DNA of 18,676 nt from Ginkgo biloba (lineage: Eukaryota; Plantae; Ginkgophyta), in the NCBI GenBank assembly GCA_024626585.2, contig JANKJI020000002.1, positions 196,696,282 to 196,714,957 of the forward strand, given 5' to 3'. The first letter of the stretch is position 1, and each line of letters opens with the position of its first letter. A program made the translations under genes and the position numbers. A model generated the notes under the pieces. The model ran no database searches and had not been told where the DNA came from. It worked only from the letters and a program-made list of their open reading frames with translations. Below, piece after piece: positions 10,350 through 18,676 of the stretch.

Positions 10350-11087
10350 CAACTAAGAGATTTTATGATGTATTTTGGCCATGTATGATGAAAATGCATG
10401 ATTATATGCCTAAGCGACTTATCTGTGTACATGCCTATTTATTTTTGTCAATCCCATGTCCAACCTAGGTCTGCTACCTTAGGATGATATAAGGAAGTAG
10501 TGAATAATCCATTAGAGGAGATAGATGCCCGATTGTTTATGTTTTTGTGGGCTAGTAGTCTACGATTATTATTTCTAAGCTAAGCATAGGGTTGAAAGGA
10601 TATCCAAATTTGTTTATGGCTATGGTGTTGAAAGGATACCGAGATTTGTTTGTGGCTATCAAGTTGAATGGTTACGTAGATTTATTTATGGCTATTGGAT
10701 TGAAAGGATACCCATGGCACTAATAGCCATTGGTACCATAAGTTAATATAAATGGAAGAACAAGGTTGCCGAGATACCCTGTGTCATGGTACCATAAAAT
10801 AATATAAAATGTTATTATTTCTAGCTAAGGAAAGAACTTTCTTAAGTTTATGGCTAGAAAGTATTTGGATGCAAAAGAGGGGTTGAAAAGATACTTGGAG
10901 CCTTGCATTCTTATAAATGTTGGGTGAAGGGTTGGAGTCTAGAAAAGTGGTCATAGCTGCTAAGCATTGACAATTGCACTGGGATGCAACTGGAGTTTTG
11001 GCTGCCAACATGATAAGCTCTAAGGCTGTCTCCAAGGCCCACAATGGATATTCTCCCCTTACGTCATATTCCCTTGACTAACAATCC
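10350..11087 (-). repeat. Copy C of the dispersed repeat family, inverted relative to A and B
   Basis: The reverse complement shares colinear blocks with B: GGATTGTTAGT, GCTTAyyATGTTrGCArCCAAAmCT, CTAGACTCCAmCCCT, TTTCAACC, ATTTATATTAA, TATC(C)TTTCAACCC, AATAAATAGGCAT (9559-9571 vs 10431-10443) and CTTAGTTG (9591-9598 vs 10350-10357). Confidence 0.75.
10591..10713. repeat. 36-bp minisatellite, ~3.4 units (GTTGAAAGGATACxxAGATTTGTTTATGGCTATxxx)
   Basis: Units start at 10591, 10627, 10663 and 10699, a strict 36-nt period with no spacers. Confidence 0.9.
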
Positions 11088-11904
11088 TCTCTGTTTATTT
11101 ATGTCTGTTTATAGTTCAGGTACTGACGCCTTAATTGGTGCATGTTAATTTTGCTTATTTATAGGTGACAGGTAGCAGAGCTGTCACATTATTCATATGT
11201 CCTGGGCTAGTCATTTGGAGAGAGAGGCTGAAATGAAGGGTCATGGAAGTTGAATAGTCAAAAGTTAAAACCCATTTGTTAAAAACCAAGTTGAGTAAAA
11301 TCTGTGCTATATTGTTGTTCTATGGTTGTATTTTCTTGTTTTGGTTTAGGATTGTACTTTTTCAAATCTTTTTGAGCTGGTTCTAACAAAAAGTGTACAT
11401 TGTTGTATGCCATTTTGGGAATATTAATGATAACAGTGAATAAGGAAAAACTGTCCTAGGGAGCATGATGGCCTGGGATCAGCCTGTGCTGTGATCTCTT
11501 GCCATATTTTGTACTTGAGGTTGTGCCCTTGTGGACCATATTTGCGCATGGAAATTCTTTTGATTGTTATGTTTTTAGACCACCGGCACAAAGGACTAGC
11601 TCCCTTTGTTTGACCTCGAACACAAGATCTGTTCAGCCTTCTTGGCAATGCCGCTTGAAAATGAAACCACATAATTTGCTTTTTAAAGAAAAGTACCTAG
11701 TTTTAAGTTGATCACTTATTTGCATGTCCATGATCAACTGTCATTTCTCTGTATATTCTTACAAGATCTGTTTATCGTGAGATAAGTGCAGCCCTCTTTG
11801 TCCTCCATGAAATAATTTACATACGTAACGGTGCATACAGAGAATCTGTTTTACCAGTTGAAGTAATTACACAATTTTTAATCTAATATCTTGTTTTTAC
11901 TCAG

Positions 11905-11994
11905 GAGCCAACTGCAAACAGTCTAAGCATATGTGAGGTGCCAGAGGAACCTTCTGAGAGCCCAGAAACAGCAAAAAAGCTATCAAGCAATCTG
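11905..11994 (+). CDS. 90-nt host exon (EPTANSLSICEVPEEPSESPETAKKLSSNL), absent from the ORF track
   Basis: Branch-like CTAAT at 11883-11887, acceptor TTGTTTTTACTCAG|G and donor CTG|GTATAT. The frame is open, phase 0-0, compatible with the phase-0 donors at 5283/5373. It is purine-rich and less T-rich than its flanks. Confidence 0.7.
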
Positions 11995-12326
11995 GTATAT
12001 ACAAGCAGTGTATCACTCTATGTAGAGACATTGGTTGAATGGTTTCTAAGTCAGGATAATACACACGATTTTTGGTACTAAAGTATTCTGAATTAAATCT
12101 AAAATATACTACTTGATTTTCATTCTTTTTTAAGTTTCTATTTAAATGCTGTGTAATTATCTTTTACATTATAAATTGGGGCATTTGTGTAAATTGGAAA
12201 TGATACTATTTCAGAAGAATTGGGTGNNNNNNNNNNNNNNNNNNNNNNNNNNNNNNNNNNNNNNNNNNNNNNNNNNNNNNNNNNNNNNNNNNNNNNNNNN
12301 NNNNNNNNNNNNNNNNNNNNNNNNNN

Positions 12327-13426
12327 TCTTCCCGCCTCGCAAAGATTGTTGTCCTCAATGAGCCCAACTTCTCTCACAAAGGTTGTTAACTCCCAAGTAG
12401 ATTCTTCCAATGTCTTATTTAATCACTTTGTCAAATATTCTTCTATTTCTCTGTTGCAGAGATTTTTGGTTCTTTCTTTTAGTATTCTCACTAGATCATG
12501 TGACTCTTGTTCTGGTTCCTGAGCATCCAGATATGACTGTAGCTTATTATCATCTGGACAATGCCTACTTCAGAAAGCTACTATGGAGTATTGGGGGTGC
12601 ATGACTCGGCAAGTCCAACATTGTAAATTGTCCATGATACGAAGAGGATAGCTTACTGCATTTCCTTGTGGACAAAGATTTATTGGCGTTAACTCTTAAA
12701 GATACTGTATCTCCCACTTCAAATGTTTGTGAGGACCTCTTTTGATCCACTTGAGCTTTACCCTATTATGGGGTCTTTCCATGTTTTTCTTATGCTTACT
12801 GAATTCCATATCTGTTCAAACATTTCTTATAACACTTGTGTTTCATTTAAAGTTATTCAAGCCCAATTCCAAAGGAGTAAGCAGGTCATATCCAAACATG
12901 GCTCTGAAAGCTGTCATTCCTGTAGTTGAATACTTATGGTTGCTGTAAGAAAAGTTCATAAATGAAAGTTATCCCTCACATGTTGTCTGCTTTCCCACGA
13001 AATGTGACTTTAGCATTGGTTTGACCCCATAAAGTGATTTACTTCCTTTGTTGACCATTGTTTTAAGTTAGATCCTCATTACCAAAACTTAATTTGTTCT
13101 AAAGAAGTGTTTTCACAAGTATCTTGTAAACTTGGTGTCCCTATTGCTCACAATTTTCCTCGATATACCATATTTTGTGATTCATTTTTGCAACCAAGAT
13201 CTAGAGGTATCTACTCTTTTTTAAGGCAGACGAGAAGGGATAAATCTTGCCATCTTTGTGAGTCCATCTACCACCACTAGAATTTGATCATTTTGGTACT
13301 GAGTCTTAGGAAGTGTTGTAATAAAATCCATACTAATGCTTTCCCACTTTCCCTCTGGAATAGGCAAAGGTATTAGTAATCCAGCAGGATGTTCTCTCTC
13401 TACTTTATTTACCTGGCATTACTCAC
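12327..13426 (-). mobile_element. Degenerate Ty3/gypsy chromovirus pol 3' end: integrase, GPY/F region, chromodomain and polypurine tract
   Basis: CQVNKVEREHPAGLLIPLPIPEGKWESISMDFITTLPKT...ILVVVDGLTKMARFIP; YGISRKIVSNRDTKFT; FEVGDTVSLRV...KLSSSYHGQF; chromodomain-like RILKERTKNLCNREIEEYLTK*LNKTLEESTWE. PPT-like GAGGCGGGAAGA (reverse complement of 12327-12338) abuts the N-gap where the 3' LTR is expected. Confidence 0.93.
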
Positions 13427-13526
13427 NNNNNNNNNNNNNNNNNNNNNNNNNNNNNNNNNNNNNNNNNNNNNNNNNNNNNNNNNNNNNNNNNNNNNNNNNN
13501 NNNNNNNNNNNNNNNNNNNNNNNNNN

Positions 13527-13594
13527 AAGCCCGTTTGACCAACTTTGACTTCCCTTTGATCGGGCTTAGAACTAGGGTTTCTTGGGCTGTGACA
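13527..13594 (-). mobile_element. Probable LTR 5' terminus (TGTCACAGCCCAAGAAACCCTAG...), likely of the chromovirus to the left
   Basis: Starts with TG exactly where RT homology stops. TGTCAC..CCC starts are typical of plant gypsy LTRs. The segment runs into an N-gap. Confidence 0.6.
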
Positions 13595-14842
13595 AATTTG
13601 AATCTAGTTATACCTCGAGAAGCCATTCAAAAATGAAAAATACTTCTTGCTGGCTAACTTGTCAAGGACTTGGTCGATGAATGGCAAGGGAAAACGATCC
13701 TTCCCCGTAGCTTTGTTCAGCATGCAATAATCAACACATATTTGCCACTTACCACCTTTCTTCGGAACAACTACTAATGGAAAGACCCACTAAGTATTAG
13801 AAATAGGGTAGACCATTACAGCTGACAACAACTTCTCTAATTCATCCTTGATAATTTGCATCATCATCAGGTTAAGCCAACGTTGAGGTTGACGAACAAG
13901 TTCCGCATTATCCTCCGTAAAAATGCAATGTTGAGGAATGGAAGGACCAACTCCTTTCAAATCAGTGTGGTTCCAGGGCAATACCCCTTGATATCTTTTC
14001 AACATCTAATGCACCTTCTCCTTTGGATCAACTGTTAAATTCTTCCCAATAAGGAGGTTTGTGTTTTCACCCATATCCAATAGGTCCGTATCCAATTTGG
14101 TTTGGGGAATGGAGGGTTGAGTTCGCTATTGAAAAATTTGGAGAAGGTCCCGAGTGGAATCCAATTTATTATCTTGTAATGTTTGTGACAATTTAGCATC
14201 CTCGCCTCCCAATTTGAGGGATTCCATAGTCTTGGATGCCATTACTTAGTAAACATGTTCCTCATCTTCGGCATTCCAATTTGAAGTTAAGAACTGGTAG
14301 CCCTCGGTATCCTCATTAGACTCTTCCTCTGATTCCACGTACTCACGCAGGTAGTCTTGAGAATTTTCTATTGGCCGAGCTGCTTTGAACAAGGTCAGAT
14401 ACTTCTATTTTGTCCTATGAGCTATGGCCTGCTTGCTAATGCGGCATGCAATTATTGTATCAGTTGTAGTTAGCAAAGGTTTGCCCAAGATGAGAGGATA
14501 TCCTTCCAAGTCCCTTTTCGGTTGGATCACTATTAAATTTGTTGGATACTCCCAATATGTAATAGAAATGAGGACATCATTCAATCTGCCTTCTAGATGA
14601 ACTGTAGATTTGTCAGCCATCTATAGGACAGTGTGATTTTTCCTCAGTCCTTTTAGGCCCAAAGTTTTCATAGTTTTTACTGTCATCATATTAATTACGA
14701 TTCCAAGATCTATCAGGGCCTTAGGAATTATCGTGGCACAAATAGAGACATCAACTAGAGGTGTTCGTAGATCACCATACTTTTGTATTGGTTCTCTACC
14801 AAAGACCATGTTTGAGGTTGCCCCAACTACTTTTATTTTTGT
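13595..14842 (-). mobile_element. Degenerate non-chromovirus (Athila/Tat-like) Ty3/gypsy protease plus N-terminal reverse transcriptase
   Basis: Protease KYGDLRTPLVDVSI...ALIDLGIVINMMT...L*MADKSTVHLEGRLNDV...WEYPTNL...GYPLILGKPLL. RT VRQPQRWLN...IIKDELEKLLSAVMVYPISNT*WVFPLVVVPKKGGKWQICVDYCMLNKATGKDRFPLPFIDQVLDKLASKKYFSFLNGFSRYN*IQI. Confidence 0.93.
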
Positions 14843-14989
14843 NNNNNNNNNNNNNNNNNNNNNNNNNNNNNNNNNNNNNNNNNNNNNNNNNNNNNNNNNN
14901 NNNNNNNNNNNNNNNNNNNNNNNNNNNNNNNNNNNNNNNNNNTCGCCAATTAATTATACTTATAAAAAATAAGGCAATCCTTAAGATTT

Positions 14990-16692
14990 TCCCTGACTCA
15001 CAATGATGATCTTAAGAATTTTCTACTAGTTGAGTCATTTTCAACAAGGTCAAATATTTTTGTTTCATCCCATGATCTATGTCCATATTTCTAATGCAAC
15101 ATGTAATTACTACATCAACTATAGCCATCCAAGGTCTACCCAAGATGACCAATTATCCTTCCAATTCCCTTTTGGGTCGGTTCACCATAAAATCTGCCAA
15201 ATACTCCCAATTTTTAACAGAAGTGAGGACATCACCCAATTTGCCTTCTTCCCAAAATATAGATTTGTTGTCCAACTATAAGATAATGAGAGTTTTCCTT
15301 GGTCCTTTTAGGGCCAAATCCTTCATGTTTTTTACTATCATCATATTAATTGCTCCTACCACTTTAATTTTGCAAGATCCTTGTGTTTCCTCCTTGCTTA
15401 GGTATAGAGAACTCGTACTTGTTGAGCATATATGGGAGTATCTTTTATTGCCTAAGCAAGGGGTATGCTTACAAAAATATTCTGCAAAGTTAAAGTGGTA
15501 TTCTTCCTTGGACTCTCGAGACTAATGCAATCTATGAGGAAAAGGAACCGTTACTTCTTATTCCTTTGGTGAACTAGGTTGCACCTCATCTCCTTTAGCT
15601 TCCTCATGGTCAAGTTGTTCCTCAATATGAACATTGCTTTTCTTCTGGGGAGTAGGGGTAGACAATAGTTTCCCTGACTTGAGAGTTTCCTTATCATAGG
15701 AAGGTGATTGTAATTCAGTGATAGGAGTGTCATAAATGGTCCATTCAATTGCATGATTAATATCTACTGCATACATTGTGAATTATTGCTTGGAATTGCT
15801 CGTAGGATTAGGTACTACTTGGGTGGGAAGGGTCAGAGAAGGTGGTTTACTTCTTATTTGAATACCATCCTTTTTGGGTGTCTAACATTTTGCCCAATGG
15901 GGGTCAGATACTGAAATTGAGGGACAAGAGGGAGTGCTTGTTGTAGCCTCATGTATGGATGCATGCCCAAAAAGGAGAGCCCATGAGGATGCAAAGAAGT
16001 ATTGTTCTTAAATCCTGGATACCATGGATGGAATTGATTTGGTATGGGAGGTTTGAGCTGTGATTGATAATCAAAATTTCATCAAGGATAAATTGGAAAA
16101 TCATTCATTGCCCTTTGTTGATAGCCATACATGGCTGAGGGGTAGGCTAGTCTAGTGAAATTTTGGATCATGGGGACCCCTTCTCTAGGATTGTGATTCT
16201 ATCTACCCCTTCTCTTTTGCATTTGAGGGAAACATAATTGTGCTAAAGCCTTCTCCATTGATTTGTAGTTTTTAAATCTCTTAGCAAAGGGAAGTTCTTC
16301 TCATCATGATCTTCTTCAGGGATACCACATTGAGTTTGCATTGTGTCTATTGGGCATGCTTTCGTGGAGTGTTTCTGTTGGCATTTTGAGCAGTATATTG
16401 CTTGCGGTGTTGGAAGTGTTAAATTTGACTTTTTTCTTTTTAGTTCTAGGCTGGTCAATTGAACAACAATCGAAGAGAGGATCTCTTCCTTTAGGTCTCC
16501 CAACAAATTGCTCAACTTTGCTCTATTAACCGCTCCAAAAGGTACTCCTCCCCTATTCGTAGATACTGTGGCCTGTATTAGTTTCTTTCCACCCCATTTC
16601 TTCAAACCTCTTAAATGTCGCAGACATAGAGAGCGTTGAAACTTTTGCAGTGAAAATTAAATCCACCCACATTTGCACACTTGAGTTTAAGT
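14990..16692 (-). mobile_element. Degenerate gag C-terminal half plus protease of a second copy of the same Athila/Tat-like family
   Basis: AVNRAKLSNLLGDLKEEILSS...YCSKCQQKHSTKACP (CX2CX3HX4C knuckle) followed by a decayed second knuckle (CGIPEEDHDEKNFP), a P/Q-rich spacer, LPTQVVPNP, TLKSGKLL and VPFP. The protease remnant reads GAINMM...WEYLADFMV...VILGRPWMA. Confidence 0.88.
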
Positions 16693-16792
16693 NNNNNNNN
16701 NNNNNNNNNNNNNNNNNNNNNNNNNNNNNNNNNNNNNNNNNNNNNNNNNNNNNNNNNNNNNNNNNNNNNNNNNNNNNNNNNNNNNNNNNNNN

Positions 16793-18420
16793 GATATAAA
16801 GAGAAGAGCAAGCCACAATCATACGTATTTAACATTAGCACTACAAAACCCTCAATAAGTGAAAATACAATACTAAAAGGCCATGAAGAAAGAAAATTAT
16901 AGGTGTAAAGACAAAAATGCAAAGCTAAATGGCCTCTCTTTCATTGATATAAATGAAATATACCATTAATCATGATCTCTAAGATATATTCTAAACTATC
17001 TTAGTTGCTAACGACAGTTTGGTTATGTTCCTAGTTGAATTGTACACCAATTTCCTACAACTTTTACTTCTAAATTATCTAATCTTCTTGTATCTCCTCT
17101 ATAGAACACTTTAACTCACTTAAGGGCTAAATAAACATGCCAAAATTCTTTCAGAGAATTGTTCAAAAGCATACTTGAAATTTCAAAAATTCTTCNNNNN
17201 NNNNNACATTTGTTCTTCTCAAAATACTTCTACAAAGGTATAGATTCATTGCTCTTCTCTCACATCATTTGACTCACTTACTCCAAAAATAACTAACTAA
17301 TTGATTAACCCATTTTCTATCTTCAACACATCCTTATATGGTTTCTAGATTACTAGATCGGCCTTTGGTTGTTATTTCTTCTAGAACCTTCTATCTCTTA
17401 TCAATACATCCTTTACAAAAATTGAGTGATTTCTCATTCTATCTCCTCACAACTTCCTCTTTGTTGATCTTTTTCTTGTAGCTAGAGAGTGCGTCTTCTT
17501 TCTCTTTGTTGTTGAATCAACAATGTGTGTTGTGCTTTCAATGGGTAAGGCTTCCTCTTCTTCTTCTTCTTCTTCCTAAGATGCCATTATGACTGTCAGC
17601 AACAATATACCACTTTGGGTTATTGGTGAAGGTTGTACTCGATTTGATGCCATGGATGAACCCCATGCCTTGGTTATAATTGGAGTGGACTTTGGAGTTG
17701 TTATAGGATAGTCGATCTAGGAAAATTGTACCTTAAAAAGAGGGAAAGTAATAAACTGAGTAATGAAGCCATTATGAAGGTTGTACAACTATTAGTAGCA
17801 TCTCTTGAGGTTGCAATATTAAGAAGGAAAGAAAGATCATTAAAGGTTAAAGAGGTAGCCCACTATAGGGTGCCTCCAAGAAAAGAGTGACACATGGCAA
17901 ACAATCTCATAGGATAGCGATTATGGGGGTTATGCCAACCCAGATTTGGAATAAAATGAGACGTATGTTTGGGCTTGGCAACTTTGATCCTTTGGGCCTA
18001 ATATCTCGCTCTTGACTTCTTTAATCTATCTTCTAGCTTCTCTTTACTCTCTAGCTTGTTGGATGCTTTGCTTAAGGAAGATTTTGGATCAGAATTCTTT
18101 GTGGTGGAATCGATGACATCTTACCAAGGTACTTTGTCTTCCAAATTTTAGGGTCTAGGATGATGTCACTAACCTGGGGTTGTTTTCTTGGATGTGGCTA
18201 TGTAGAGGACCTCCAAACATGCCAAGAAAGTGACACAAGTCTCTAGGAAGAAGTGCCCCCTGCATTAAGGAGTGATTTTGACTTGATGGTTGTGTAAAAA
18301 TCAAAGTGATGCTCCTTCTATTTGTTGTTGCAGGGTTTTCCAACTCGTAACTGTAGAAGTCTCCATTGAATTGTGGGTTTTGATTAGGTAAATCCCACAA
18401 AAATGTATGTACATAGAAAC
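16793..18420 (-). mobile_element. Probable retroelement-derived decayed accessory ORF (E/K-rich) with 3'UTR-like tail
   Basis: Minus-strand frames give stop-riddled stretches such as EEEEEEEALPIESTTHIVDSTTKRKKTH and LSELKCSIEEIQED, followed by TTTCATTTATATCAATGAAA and T-rich sequence. There is no diagnostic motif, so the assignment is inference. Confidence 0.35.
17557..17574 (+). repeat. (CTT)6 microsatellite
   Basis: Seen directly; reads as poly-Glu on the minus strand. Confidence 0.9.
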
Positions 18421-18676
18421 CCTAACTTGCAAAAAACATTTGATTCACTAGTATAATTTAATATAAACAAATTGTGCCATAATTGTTGTATGAAGGGAAT
18501 GTCTAATGGGTGCATGTTTGAAGTGCTATTTGTATTGGAAGCATAAAGGTGTGGTTATTATAGTGGTATTAATGTCTAGGGGAGTAGAAAAATTCCCACT
18601 AATGTGATGGAATCTAAAATTTTAAAGAAATTGGATAGCATGGAGGAAATAATGATGAGGATTGCAGAGCAACAAT

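Larger units (their letters stand above)
1739..17205. other. Twelve assembly gaps
   Basis: N-runs at 1739-1838, 2066-2087, 5420-5519, 6191-6303, 6757-6856, 9222-9276, 10183-10282, 12227-12326, 13427-13526, 14843-14942, 16693-16792 and 17196-17205. Eight are exactly 100 N, the usual placeholder for unknown length. Confidence 0.97.

Noticed and set aside
10591-10713. CRISPR-like 36-nt repeats containing (G/A)TTGAAAG
   Set aside because: The units are head-to-tail with no unique spacers, they are degenerate, no cas genes are present, and the context is a eukaryotic intron.
10731-10794. TGGTACCA as a tRNA-Met primer-binding site
   Set aside because: It does not extend to the TGGTATCAGAGC-type match, it is palindromic and duplicated, and it does not follow a defined LTR end.
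8912-11044. ORFs 8912-9109 and 10784-11044 as a conserved small protein encoded by the repeat family
   Set aside because: They use different frames of the homologous sequence, and the frame matching copy C contains stops in copy B.
10095-11083. Solo LTR bounded by TGTTG...TAACA
   Set aside because: The flanks (TCTAT vs ATCCT) are not a TSD, the interval spans a gap, and homology to copies A and B extends beyond 11083.
11165-11187. GTGACAG...CTGTCAC hairpin resembling the miR156 5' end
   Set aside because: The stem is only 7 bp with a 9-nt loop, and the rest of miR156/miR156* is absent.
14040-14400. Ogre-type intron between protease and RT
   Set aside because: The region translates as decayed but continuous pol-like linker with few stops; no convincing splice signals were identified.
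134-18400. Numerous short ORF-track entries (e.g. 301-681, 7836-8120, 8386-8673, 9724-10029, 15079-15525 and all X-containing ORFs) as genes
   Set aside because: They are antisense shadows of exons or TE ORFs, chance ORFs with alternative start codons, or artefacts of reading through N-gaps.
1-18676. Prokaryotic or viral defence or novel RT-based system
   Set aside because: Spliceosomal exon structure, low coding density and decayed plant LINE/Ty3-gypsy domains explain the RT, endonuclease and integrase signals. No intact enzyme ORF, operon, tRNA or rRNA was found.

Overview
This window is eukaryotic, most likely from a large land-plant genome; the retrotransposon protein signatures resemble those of gymnosperms. 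It comes from a fragmented, scaffolded assembly with 12 N-gaps, 8 of them exactly 100 N. It holds the middle of a + strand, multi-exon host gene whose protein is S/E/K/C-rich with no recognisable domain. I propose a phase-consistent exon chain: 2-710, ~3322-3383, 3623-3665, 3742-~4701, 5021-5283/5373 and 11905-11994. The introns are filled with decayed retroelements, and all the coding ones lie on the - strand: an L1-type LINE RT fragment (~1690-2300); a second L1-type LINE with ORF1 tail, endonuclease and linker (~6860-8670); a chromovirus-type Ty3/gypsy integrase plus chromodomain (12327-13426); and two copies of a non-chromovirus (Athila/Tat-like) Ty3/gypsy family, PR-RT at 13595-14842 and gag-PR at ~14990-16692. 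An LTR-like start at 13594 cuts exactly into the RT of the first Athila/Tat-like copy. A diverged non-coding repeat family occurs three times (5873 +, 8889 +, 11087 -), and two copies form a ~2.2 kb inverted pair inside one intron. I found no support for a novel prokaryote-style system (no CRISPR, tRNA or rRNA). The most interesting signals are the repeat family, the retroelement nesting and a protease copy that has precisely lost its catalytic segment. All translations and alignments were done by eye.
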